Below, piece by piece: positions 51,770-63,785 of a stretch of DNA of 64,000 nt; the stretch's first letter is position 1; the number at the start of each line of letters is the position of its first letter. The position numbers and the translations under genes were made by a program. The stretch covers positions 18,764,784 to 18,828,783 of the forward strand of contig CM121341.1 of assembly GCA_051530055.1 (NCBI GenBank), given 5' to 3'. The stretch is from Neoechinorhynchus agilis. Its lineage: Eukaryota; Animalia; Acanthocephala. The notes beneath the pieces are model-generated. The model did no database searches. It was not told where the DNA came from and worked only from the letters and a program-made list of their open reading frames with translations.

Positions 51770-51932
51770 CTCAGATACCTCAAGGAGGCGGGACTCATTA
51801 GTTAGCTTCCTCCCTGCAGCGGTATTTCGTCCCCTTTTGTCGTTCGTAATCGGCGGTCGTGGATTCGAACCCTTTGACTCTGAAACAGGAATCCGGAGCA
51901 CAAGTCCACTAGACCGCCTCTGCGCAACTACG
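51770..51932 (-). mobile_element. Copy 5 of the hammerhead SINE-like repeat, with the most complete tRNA-like head; core has CTAATGA (G5A)
   Basis: GGCGGTC...GGTTCGAATCC AC GACCGCC (7-bp acceptor-like stem plus B box), then GGGGAC GAAA TACC...CTAA CTAATGA GTCCC...GGTA TC TGAG at 51770-51834. Confidence 0.8.
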
Positions 51933-51959
51933 AAATGTACAAACTCAGCCGAGTAAATC

Positions 51960-52900
51960 AGTTTGCTCAACCGCGTGTCTTATCATTTGTTGGATTGTGA
52001 GCTCGATATATAGATGACATCTTAACCATATTCAAGGATAAAGCAGACGTGATTAATTTCAATCACCATCGATGAGTGTGATAAGCGTGATTTCCATTTC
52101 TTGGACGTCTGAATTCCGCTAAACCCAGGACAACCCCCAAGAAACCGCCGTCTATCTCACAAACCAAGTGATAATGAAGTCTACACACATTTGCAGTCCT
52201 TTACTCCTTTCAAATACAAAAGAGCAGTAGCGGCGGATGCATTGGTAAATCGTGCAGTTAGATATTCAACGAGGATAAGTGGCATGGAATAAGAGTTCAC
52301 AAGAATAAAACAGGCTCTGGTAGACGCAGTATATCCGCTGAAAGTAATTTACGCAGCAATTAAAAGATCACAAACAAGAATAGGGGACAAGATAAAAGAC
52401 AGCTCAGAGAAGATAGTGCCATTTTACTATGAAACAGATTACCCGTTGAACATAAAGTCGGACAGCAGGGACCTGCAGAGAATACTGGACACCCATGTGA
52501 AGACAGTGGATCAAAACAAAAGAACGCAGGTCCTATGCTTCTATCTCCCTCGAACAATCCGATCATGCCTTTATACCAAGCCCCGACCATCCACACTAGA
52601 GACCTGCAATGTGGTGTACCGGTACAATTGCTGTAACGCATTCTATATCGGCTACACTACATACAAGTTGATCGATGGGATAAGGCAAGCAAGTGCGATA
52701 CATAAGCATATAAAGAATGAACATGGAGACATCTATCCCTCAAACTTTGAGACCGAATTCATGATCTTCTATAGGAACAATGAGACCACAAGACTAAGAT
52801 TGACTGGCGCAATGATCATTCGTCATGACAGACCCTCAATCAACGTCAAATATAATGAGATGTTTAGTGGCCTCAGATTGTATGGCCAATTGTAATGACG
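51960..52900 (+). mobile_element. Penelope-like element remnant: RT C-terminus plus GIY-YIG endonuclease
   Basis: HFLDV; VVYRYNCCNAFYIGYT...SAIHKH...AMIIRHDRPSIN in ORF 52416-52895. Confidence 0.8.
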
Positions 52901-53199
52901 CAAAGATTAAAGTGTGTTGACTTCTTTCGGGACATCATATTGTTAGTGTGAGAGTGTGTATATGTTTTAATGTTACCATATAGATGGATTTGATTAAAAT
53001 CCGAAATATTGGAGCAATGAAAGATTTCGCGGTGTGCATATTCTATTCAAGAATCGTGCTAAGAAAAATTACTTAGGAGGGTAAAGATATATTTAACAAA
53101 CTGATCAAGAAATTAAAGTTACTAACAAATCTTTTTTTTAACCAGGCATCGATTTCTCAGGCTCATATACATGTCGGTACGGTGAGATAGTGAACAGGT

Positions 53200-53650
53200 T
53201 GGTTACTCACGGCCTTGACTGCAAGCGTTCAAATACTCGCCACGCACGGCAATCAGCAGTCAACCGCATAATTAAGGAAGCCCTCTCCTCCCATGGTGTT
53301 CCTGGAACATATTGGTTTGTTATTTGACTTGCCCCAACTCGCTCGCGGTGTCCTGCTTACGGAATGCCTCTTCAAAGCCGGGAGCAGTCGCCAGCCTCAG
53401 CAAGGAAAAGAAGCGGCATAAGTACTCCTCGCTCGATGGGCATCAATATGTATTCATCCCGATTGCGGTGGGCACGCTGGGATGCCTCGGTAAAGAAGCC
53501 GATTATTTCCTTTCCCGACTGGGAAAGATGCTAAAATATGCCACCGGTGACATGCGCTCCAGCAGCTTCCTGGTGTAGCGAATCATCGCGACGATCCAAT
53601 GCGGCAATGCCGCGGCCATCAAGGAAGCTGCCGAACAATCATGACGAAAG
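53200..53650 (+). mobile_element. CRE-like RLE endonuclease fragment
   Basis: RQSAVNRIIKEAL; VFIPIAVGTLGCLGKEA; ATIQCGNAAAI. Confidence 0.7.
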
Positions 53651-55045
53651 TTGCAGAATTGGACGAAAAGGAGGAATTTGTGAACGAAAATAGTCGCGAA
53701 TTGTAAGCGATTCCAACATTTTTTCAAAAATTTCACGAAATAAACTTACGTCGTTCCTTGTATTACCTGGATGCGTCAATGGATATAACTGCGAAATTTT
53801 ATTATATGATTAAAGTAGAAGATGAAAAAGCAAGAAAACAACCACGACGACTGTCATCCTACAAAAATAAAATAACGATCTCAACAATTACTGTTAATTT
53901 ATGATTATTTGAGTATGCTTGATCTATAGAAGTCATCTGTCGGATCCCTGACAAGAACACCCCATTATTTACAATAAAGTTAAATGATTTAGCATTCAAC
54001 CTGAGCGACTACTTCTTTGTCTAAAAACAATGTAAATCCCCAATTTCGTGAAGGCAATTGAGCAAAATCTATCCGTTTTAATCTAAACAACACTAGCAGA
54101 CAATTAAGCGATGCTCATATTTCAGAATTCAATTGCATTTAAGAAATTTTGTATGCAGCGTTTAGCAAATATCGACAATAAGTTCCTGGAAGTTCTTGTG
54201 TATAAGCGTAAATATTGAATTTAATCGATTTTCTTAAAAATATTCATTTCGAAAAGACCAAAATGATGCATTGTGAATAATTACAATGAGATTTATTAAC
54301 TATCTCAATTTTCGATAATTGAGTAAATGATGATCGAGTCTCAGTTCTGCCAAATATTGCAATAAACAAAATATGCAGAAATGTCTAAGTAAACTGGAAT
54401 AAATCGTTTTGGTCGATAATAAAGTATTAGAAACTATTGTCAAATTTATTATCAACAAGTGTTATAAGAAACGTCTTACCCTTGTATTGGATGAATTGAC
54501 AATAGTTTTGCTCAAATTTTCGATCAGAAGCAGACAAACGACTCGCATCTGAAATTTGCAATGGTTAATTAACATTAAAACTCGTACAAGCAGCGAACAT
54601 CTAAATTGACAACAAATACAACTTTTGTAAGTCAAACCCATTTAAAATTTGAGAGACCGTATTTTGAGGAAATTTGCACCATTAAAAACATTTAATAAAT
54701 CAATTAAAAGAATTAACTTCTCCGTTATCTAAACAGCTCGTCGTATTTTTAAAATAGCTAGGAAGTTTTTATTCGCTGAACTAAAAGTACAATAACAAAA
54801 TGTTTTATTAAGTGCTTTACGGTGTAATGGTGGTCACTACATCACTTAATAAAAAGTAACCGGCTTGCCAGACATAAGGTGAAAATAAAATGCATTATAT
54901 TACATTGTATGTATTAATGGTTTCCAGCAATCGTGACACGACATGCAACGCATAATGTGTCGCATCGAGAAGTCATGAGTAATCACACCGTACGTTTTGA
55001 TTAAGAAAGGATATTTTCACTGGTGGATTGTCTCGGGTTATCGAA

Positions 55046-55576
55046 ATGATAATGAAATCCACATTTGGCGGCGGTTGTTTCTGGTGTTTAGAAGCATTCT
55101 TTAAGCGCATTCGTGGAGTTCACAGTGTGGTTCCAGGATACGCTGGTGGAAGCAAACCAAATCCTACTTATCAAGAGGTATGTACGGGATCCACAGGACA
55201 CGCCGAAGTCATTCAAATCACTTTTGATCCCCAAGTTCTGCCTTTTGATAAACTCCTCCATGTCTTCTTTAACACTCATAATCCAACAACGCTTAATCGA
55301 CAAGGTAATGATATAGGAACGCAGTATCGATCAATCATTCTCTATCATGATGAACAACAAAGACAAGCTGCAGTGGGAGCACGTACCAGCGCACAAATGG
55401 ACGTTGGAAGTAATCCAATCGTAACAGAGATAACACCACTCACTGCATTTTATCCGGCAGAGAAATATCATTTTAACTATTTTGAGAACAATCCATGCAA
55501 TCAATACTGCTCACTGGTTATCGCTGAGAAACTAAGGAAACTATGCCACCAGTTTAGAGACATAATGGAATTCTAA
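55046..55576 (+). CDS. msrA: Peptide methionine sulfoxide reductase A, intronless, bacterial-like sequence type
   Basis: FGGGCFWCLE, GYAGG, NPTYQEVCTGSTGHAEV, HNPTTLNRQGNDIGTQYRS, FYPAEKYHFNY. Start at ATG 55046 or 55052. Confidence 0.95.
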   Translation: MIMKSTFGGGCFWCLEAFFKRIRGVHSVVPGYAGGSKPNPTYQEVCTGSTGHAEVIQITFDPQVLPFDKLLHVFFNTHNPTTLNRQGNDIGTQYRSIILYHDEQQRQAAVGARTSAQMDVGSNPIVTEITPLTAFYPAEKYHFNYFENNPCNQYCSLVIAEKLRKLCHQFRDIMEF

Positions 55577-56245
55577 AGGTTACGCTCGAATGATTACAGT
55601 AAAATTTGTGGAGTTCCCAAAAAACTGCTGTTTAGTGCTTATGAAATTACGCAATAAGAAGACAAGAAGCATTTCTTAACTTATTAATATTTACATCCCA
55701 ATTCTATAGACGTGCTAATTTCTACATCTTTCACCGATACATTGTTGGGTGATTACTTCATTTTACGTCTATGTTCTTCCACAATGGCGTTTTGCTCTAT
55801 TAAACCGCCCTTGGTTAATTTTCTATTTAAATATACTTACTTTCAGTGTATAATTTCATTCTATTTCTCATTATTTCAAACCATCTCAGTTACTACCGCG
55901 TTCTTCTAAATTCCCAAACGCCCTTGTTTGTAAAAGCTCGTTTTTTTCTGGTTTTGTCAAATTTCGCATTCTTAACCCTAACAAACTCAATATTATCATT
56001 TATACAAATCATTTATATTAAATCCCAAAAAAATTAAACGATATTTACAAATTATATCAAGAAGATCCTTTGGGGTGGTAAATATTAGAGGGTATATATA
56101 AACACGTTTTATTAATTTAAGCAAAGCACGATCCACACACTTGCCAGCATCTATCTTTGCTGAAGGTGTCAGGATGTCGGATGTTGTCTGAACAAAGTGC
56201 TTTATTCGCACTTAGACATTCAAGTGCGAATAAAACACTTTAATA

Positions 56246-56284
56246 ATAACTGATGAGGCGATGTTTCCTCGTGAAATATTTTAT
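56246..56284 (+). ncRNA. Minimal type I hammerhead-like motif
   Basis: ATAA CTGATGA G GCGA tgtttcc TCGT GAA ATAT T TTAT; stem I ATAA/TTAT. Preceded by a 19-bp inverted repeat at 56195-56240. Confidence 0.5.
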
Positions 56285-56720
56285 AACAATAAAAGAATCT
56301 TTAATCAATATTATGTTCACCACCCTGCAATATTTACAAATTGTCTAATTCATAACTTACCTAACCACAAATTTGATTGGCGGTCTCTAAAAAATCACAT
56401 CCATGCACTCTTTTGGTAATGGCGGTCCCCAAAATGGGTTCCAAAAACTTATTTTGGAAGTTGTAAATATATAGATGCTTATCTCGGCATTTTCGTAGGA
56501 AAAATAGATCTTTCCTGCAAATTTTCAAGTTATTCGGCAACGTAAAGCCACGATGCTGCAACTAAAAAGCTGTGTACGTGAGGACGAGGTGAAATAATCT
56601 ATTTGGCAGAACTACTAAAGTAATCTATTAACTTTCGTTTAAAATCCAAAATCCAACTGAGATTGTCACGTTCAGTTTATTTGTTAACACATATAGAAAT
56701 ACAAAAATATATTTTTCCAT

Positions 56721-59700
56721 TCATTGTTTGCGGCACGGTGCGATCACGAAAATCCCCAATTCACTGTTGCCTACATTTTCATTCTCATCGTTGTCGTTTG
56801 GAATTGGGGATCTTACCAATATTGTGGCGGATATTGAATCCGGATCCATACGAGCTCCGACGGGTAGCTTCGGTGTGAGATAGATGTATTGGCAACCCGA
56901 AAGTTTGCATTGACTCACCATGAGTTCAAATATCTTACGTTCATTCTCAGGATCCATTCCCTGATTTATCTCGTCAATGCATAAAAACGGAATATCCGTA
57001 ATAGCCTGAATTGACATAATGAACACAATTGCGGTAACGCTTTGTTCGCCGCCACTCAGAATCTTCTTGGCCTTAGTACGATGCATTTGTCTATTAATCA
57101 AATCAAAGTCCATTCGAAAAGTGTTCTGAAATAGATTCTAAAATTCACGTCTTTATGCTAATTATTAAAGTGTATATAACACGATTGGCAAGTATTGCAA
57201 ATTAAGAAACAAAAAGTTATAAAAAGTCAATATTTTCGACTATATAAAATTTGTTTGTTAGTGGCGGAAAAATTAAAGAAGTTTATTAAATCCGATATTT
57301 CGCCACAACAGATTAAATACTTTTTAAAACCTTAGTAAAGGCACGATATTGTGCTGAAATATCGGATTTAATAAATTCCTTTAAATTTTCCGCCAAAAAC
57401 AAGTATGAATAGTTTAATCTTCAAACATAGAAAATTTGTAAAATTGAGAAATTTCAATGAAAATCTTAGACTCTGAGTCGACCTTTACAATCCGAAATTT
57501 CGGTATTATTTAAATTTCTAAAAGAAACTGAAATTTCCACACCATACTCGGCGAAGTCGTGAGAGTTTGAGGGAGTCAAGAGCTTCATTGTTCCCTCATA
57601 ACCCATTAGACGAAACAACTCTTGGAATTTTTTGGCGGCCGTGGCAATATATTTATTGATTCCGGTAATCCAATTTATTTTTTCAGTATCAGTGCACTTA
57701 TCCCGAAACTGTTTATTATGTTCTGCATTTTGGACAGCAAGGTAAAGTTCATCCAATTGATTCCTTTTACAATAAAACTGTTCTATTATTTCATCATCTT
57801 TTTCACATTTCAGATCAGCGATCTCACCATTTAATACAGCCTCGCGTAGCAGCATTTCTGAAAGTTGGCATTTACCTTCATGTTGTTTAGACGAATCACA
57901 TACGCAAACGCTATCGATAAACGATTTAAATTCTTTGGATGCAGTCGGTAAAGCTTCATTGTCCATCGTAAGTTCAAAACGTGGTTCAGTTATTTCTCCT
58001 TCTATCAGAAGCACTTGAATTTCGTGGATGGACGATTCCAACAAACGCTTGGCACGATCGAGGAAATATTTAGCATTTTTTACTTGGCTTTTTATGTCCA
58101 GTAGCTGATTTTTAAATTCCTCAAGAGAATTCTCGCTAATTGACTGGTTTATCTTCAGATACTTTAAATTTAGATCCTCTTCTAAAATTTCCACAACTAA
58201 CTTTTCCATATCAAAACTTGCGATTTTGTTGCAAGTTTCATTTAGATTGCTGAAATGAGCCACCATCTCTGGCACCTTGCTCTCAATCCTCTCAATAATA
58301 TCCGACTCTTGTTCCTTAAATACTACCAACGCACCCTTCAATCGATTTAACCTTGCCTCAATTTCCCTTACTCTCACTGTACCAGAATTCACTTCGCTTA
58401 GCATCAACTCGAAATTGCGTACTTCTTCCTCAAAAGATGATCGCTCTTCATCGGATCGTTTAAAGTCCACCATAAAAGTCTCTAAAGTGTCTTCAGCCTT
58501 CTTTAGCTTTGCACCCAATCCCACAGACAAATCATCGTCGCCGTCGTATTGGGGCCTAAACCGTGAATCACTAATACATCTACTAATTGTCGACCGTCCT
58601 GACGTATATCGTGAATTGATAACATTGTACCGATTGAACCCGGCAAAAAATAAACTAAGCTTTGGAAATCGTTGCGTAATTTCGCCAATTCTCTTCTGTA
58701 TACTCTCAGGTCCTATCATTACATAATCGAGCCCAAAACTTTGACGAAGATAATTTGTAACTTTTGGGGGACCAATCAAATAACTAGCTAAACACGATTT
58801 GAAATCAAACTTCTGAAATTCAGAAATAGAGTCAATAGGCATATTGGTGTCCGGTAATTGATCGCCAATTGTACCCGCGTTAATATTAAGTTTCAACTTA
58901 TCGTGGCATTCGACCATAAACACTTTAAGGTCATCAAGGGATTCAAAAAGAAATAAGGACAAGAAATCCCGACTAGGTATAGTCGCTTCAATGTACTTGT
59001 AAATCTCTGGATCATTCATTCGAATACTAATAATGGGCGGATCGAAAACGCGCCGCTTAAAAAAAATATGACCGTTCGCAGCGATCCATTGGTGGGCCGT
59101 GTAAACATCCGGTCTCACGCTTTTTACATATTCAAGAGCCTGCTGCTTAAACGGTTTAAAAGACTTAAGTTTACCGTTTAACGATCGAATCTCTTCCTTA
59201 CATTTTGTCATTTTCACCAAAATCCGCTGGCAGCATTCGCCCGCACGATCGCGATTTCGTCTGGTTTCACGCAACCGAGATTTAATGTTATCCTTTTTTT
59301 CAGAACAATCTTTTTCGGGTAGAAGTAGTTCATTGTTTAAAGAAACGATTTCAGTTTCGCACTTTTTGATCTTTGCTCGCACTTCCGATAGTATTTCATC
59401 CAATTCATCATTTTGCCCATCATCGCCCTGAATTCTATTAAGCTCAGCATCGATTGTGTCTGCATATTCACTTTTGTTTGAGACTAAACGTTTTATCGCG
59501 TCAATAGCGTCCTTCATTTCAGTTAGCTTCCGCGAAGACTGATCTGCTTGATGCTTCAATACGGAAATTTCATTGGTCTTTTCCACGACCTTGTTTTGAT
59601 GAGAAATTAGAACTTCTCGCTGTTTGGGGACCATTTGTACCTGTGAGCGAGCGCTTTCACTTAATTCTTCAAACCCGTTCCACGCCTGTTTTATTTTCAA

Positions 59701-60402
59701 CCATACCAATTGCTTTTTCAGTTCCTTTAGTTTTTCGATTCGTTCAACGTCGACTTGCAGTCTCTCGATTGCAGCTTCCGTTATTCTTATCGATTCTTTA
59801 ATCAGCTTCAAGCTATTTTCTTCTTCTTTTTCTTTATTCCCAACAGCAATCAGCGCATTGTGCATCTCCAGTAGCTTTTTATTTTCTACGCATGACTCGA
59901 TTTCTTTCAGAAGATCACTTGAACTTTTCCGGTTAAATTCTGTCACACGATCTTGAGGTAAGTATTGACATAGGCTTGATAGATCGATATTTAACCTGCT
60001 TACCGCCACTAGAATATCATCCAAAGTAACTTTCTTTCCATTTAGCCAGAAAATGGAATTCTGTTTCCGAAATGATTGGCTAAACCCGTTACCGATCTCT
60101 CTTTTGATTTTCAAATTTGACCCATCGTTGTTGGCCCTATGCAGTTCCACCTCGATTGAGCATGAAGTACATCCGGATTTTACAAATCGCTTTATATTCC
60201 CAGAACGACCTGAAAGGGATGGATGACCTCCCATGACCAGACAAATGGCACACATCAGCGAAGACTTCCCAGCGCCATTATGACCAAGAACGACATTGAA
60301 CTTCGAATCTGGGATCCAAACGAATTTCGAGAAACTCATAAAGTTCATAACAGATAGTCTCACTATGGCTCCTTTGTGTATAACACTGTCATTTTCATCC
60401 AT
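56721..60402 (-). CDS. SMC5: Structural maintenance of chromosomes protein 5; one exon of about 2.9 kb plus a 3' exon after an intron of about 340 bp
   Basis: Walker A GHNGAGKSS; NIDLSSLCQYLPQDRV; long coiled coils; LSGGEQSV and IDEINQGMDPENER in the C-terminal head. Confidence 0.93.
57262..57395. mobile_element. MITE-like inverted repeat in the SMC5 intron
   Basis: Arms of about 46 bp: tggcggaaaa...ccgatatttc and gaaatatcgg...ttttccgcca. Confidence 0.6.
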
Positions 60403-60689
60403 CTACAATTTCATACAACAAGATCTGCGTTATTTGTTACAATGTTATCAATGTGTGCTCTATCTTCTAAAGGTAGCGATCAAGCGACGGTTTTATGTAT
60501 CATTCTCTTGGAGAAAATTCAAATCATTTCCTATGAACGTAAAAAATTTCTAGAAACTTACTGCCTTCCAAAATCACGTAAACAAAAAACTCGATTTTAA
60601 CCCTAAAATCTCGCAGATGATAACTACCTCGAATGCATCTCGGCTTGTCATTTACGTTTTCAAATATTTTTATTCAGCGGAGAATGAGC

Positions 60690-61120
60690 TAAGCGGCAAT
60701 TCGGAAAATTTTATACTCGCCCAACGATCCAAATCGTTTTATTTGGCGGTGAATCAGCCATGCGACCCAAATAGTCCAAACGGTAGATTTCATACTCATC
60801 AAACGATCCGAATGTTTTTATTTAGCGCAGCAGGAGCTTCGCGACCCAAATTGTCTCAACGGAAGGTTTCATACTCACCAAATGATCCGAATAGTTTTAT
60901 TTGCTCAGCATAAGCCTCGCGACCCAAATAGTTTAAACGGAATGTTCTTTACTCGGCTAACGATACGAATTGTTTTATTTAACGGGCTATTAGCCTCGCG
61001 GCCCGAATTGTCTGAACCGAAGTTTTTATACTCGGCTAACGATCCGAATGGTTTTATTTAGCAGAGCATGAGCCTTGCGGCCCAAATTGTCTGAAGCGAA
61101 AGTTTTATACTCGACTAATG
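60690..61120. repeat. Diverged 79-bp tandem repeat, about 5.5 copies, between divergently transcribed SMC5 and DDRGK1
   Basis: The atactc anchor recurs at about 60713, 60792, 60871, 60949, 61028 and 61107; gatccgaat..ttttattt and gcg(a/g)ccc(a/g)aat are conserved. Confidence 0.85.
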
Positions 61121-61622
61121 ACTCAAAAAGTTGTCTCAAACATGTCCGAAATAGTGACCACATCCGCATCTTCTATAAAGAAATTCAATTTGAGCTTCAG
61201 ACTAGTTGATAGTGGGTGTAAATGGAAGAATATGCCCATTATGTATGGGAGAAGATAACACATATTGCACACGTCATCTCTTGATTGGAGAAAATATCTA
61301 AAAACGAGACAAAGTGGAACTTAAAATTCATTCGAGTGTCCTTTCTGATTCAGGTACGGAAGAACCCTTAACGTTCAATGATATGCCTGAAAACCGTCAT
61401 GGACAGCCGCCATTTTCTGCTAAATTCATCGACGTGACTAGTTCGTGGAATATTTTCGTGATGAAACGAGATAAGTGGAGTTTTATGGACACGAGAAAAT
61501 CTACATCGAATTGTTCACTTTATTTGAGAGGCGAGAAACTATTTGACGCCAAAAAAATAATTATTTTGATTCTATGAGCCACTAAGAGCGTCTTACCCAG
61601 TCTTATAATTTCTTTTGAGAAG

Positions 61623-62588
61623 ATGGTATCCCTGATCTATATAATTTGGGGAATTGTGATTGTGAGTTTATTGCTACTATTGATACAACTTTGGAAGGCT
61701 TTGTACATGAGTGCTGATGATAAGACTGCGAATGAAGCTGAACAACAATTAATGGGGCGGCGAGACTTGCGATTGCTAAGGAGGACAAGGCGAAAGGTGG
61801 ATAGCAATTGTATGGATGACGTTGAGGACGAGGATGATCTGGTGGATGTACAGGACAAAGGAGCTTATCCAAATAATCAACTGATTGGAAGAAAGAAGCT
61901 GAAAAAGTTGCAACAGAAAGCTGAACGGAGACAATATAGAATGGTCAGCTAAATTTTGACGAAAAGAGTATTTTTAAGTTTACAAAATAGGAAATAGAAG
62001 AGCAGCGGGAGCGCATGAAGGAAATTCAGGAGCAAAAGAAGCTACAAGTGGAAGCGGAGGAAAGGAAGAAGGACAATGAAAAAAGAAAAAAGGTTTACTT
62101 AGGTCGTTTTAGAATTTAAAAAGATCATTTATCTTTTAGTTGGAAGAAGATCAACGGCTACGAGAAGACGAAAAGCGGAAGAGTGATGTACTTTATCGGG
62201 AAATTAAACAAGGATTTGAGGTGTCACAAGAAGGTTTTGAGTTCGATGACAGTAAAAAGGTTGTTAAATCTTGCACCCCGAAGTCCGAATCGTCTTCTTT
62301 GTTTCAATTTAGATTAGTGTGGCGGAATTCATAGAGTATTTGAAGACATCACGGGTTTGTCCTATTGAGGAAATAGCATCACATTTTAGCATGAAGTTCG
62401 GAGATGTCATGAATCGCATTAATGATCTTCTTAATTCTGGAGATCTCATAGGTATTTTGGACGATAGGTGTCGTTTCATTTGGGTCGATGAAGACATCCT
62501 CGATCGGCTAGCGAGGAAGGCAAAGTCGCTGGGAAGATTTTCGATATCTGAGTTCGCCGCGCATTGTAATGATATCGTTCTAAAATAA
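61623..62588 (+). CDS. DDRGK1: DDRGK domain-containing protein 1 (UFM1 pathway)
   Basis: Exons 61623-61943, 61991-62092, 62140-62259 and 62313-62588 (phase-0 GT-AG introns). N-terminal TM segment, IGRKKLKKLQQKAERRQYR, charged coil, EFIEYLK..IEEIASHF..LIGILDDRCRFIWV. Confidence 0.9.
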
Positions 62589-63785
62589 AAAAATTAAAGC
62601 GGATCTTATATTGTCCTTTCGTAGTGAGTCGAATTAACGCATTCATCAAAAACCTTTTTGAGAGCAATAAGATTGGATCGAAAAACTCAGCATTTAATTC
62701 GACTGGGAACTCGAACTGCCTGTCCCAACGGATAAAAAACGTTAGTTTGACCCTTGGTTTGAGAAAAAAATCCGAAACATACTTGGTTCTTGTGCCTGCC
62801 TTAAAGAACGAGCACGCCTACTCGTTGCCGCAACCAAAGGGTGCGATATTTTTCCTAACCCTTTACCAATCTCGTCGATTGATACTAAAATGAATGACAG
62901 TTCTTTTGGTCTCGCTTCGACACTACGCTTAGGCGTGGCTTGCTCAATCCCTGCAGAATGCAAGTGAGGTGCAAAAATGGACAGCACATGAATCGCAAGG
63001 TTCTATTGTCCAAAAGCCAGGCACAATCTCCTTAGCATGTTGAATACTCTGAAACGTAGGTTTTGGCAATAGCATTATATCTCCCCTCGAGGTGGTCGGT
63101 TTTTGCCGATGAAGGGAAAAGACCGCACGGCGCATAAACAGTTCTGTTTCCGAATACGATTGCTAAAAGCAACTTGTTTCTTGCAGTTTAAGGAGCCGTT
63201 GAATTGGCGAAAAGGGCACTGATGTTAGACCAAACACCGCAGAATTTTAAAACAGGTATTAGATAGTTGGTCCCCGAGAATAAGCTGTGCGATTCAGAAA
63301 GGAAATGTTGGATCTTCAAGGCAATATGAGATAAAGATGTTCCTCCGTTCCCATCATAATTTGTTAACATAAATTGCGATCTGCTTAATCACATATTTTT
63401 TGTGTTGCTGCGTTCTAGAAACATGCTGAAAAAAGGGAACTGTATTGATTTATAACCACCAGGACAAGGTTCCCATTCTAACCTGCACTGCCTGTAATAA
63501 TATAGTGCTTGCAACGATTCGTGGATGCTGTCTAGTAAAATGTATGCTCGTAACAGATAGTCTATCGCATACTCTTTCGATCTAGCGCTTGTGAGCTCCA
63601 TATTGGGGAGAATTTAGAGAATCAAAAAATGAAAATCATTTACATATAGCAGTGTTAATGGCGAACAGTTCGGCATTGAGAGCGTCAGAATTGAATTCGA
63701 TTATGATATTAATAAGTTGAAGAAAGCAAGCCAATTACGAAAATGTCGATATGTGAGGTACCGGGGTATATGATTAGGATTATTA

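Noticed and set aside
51850-51932. Functional tRNA gene
   Set aside because: A B box and an acceptor-like stem are present, but the D, anticodon and T arms do not fold canonically. It is treated as a SINE-like head.
62900-63601. TRAPPC8/Trs85-like gene fragments on the minus strand
   Set aside because: Only faint resemblance spread over different frames. It may be a decayed or multi-exon gene, but I cannot support the name.
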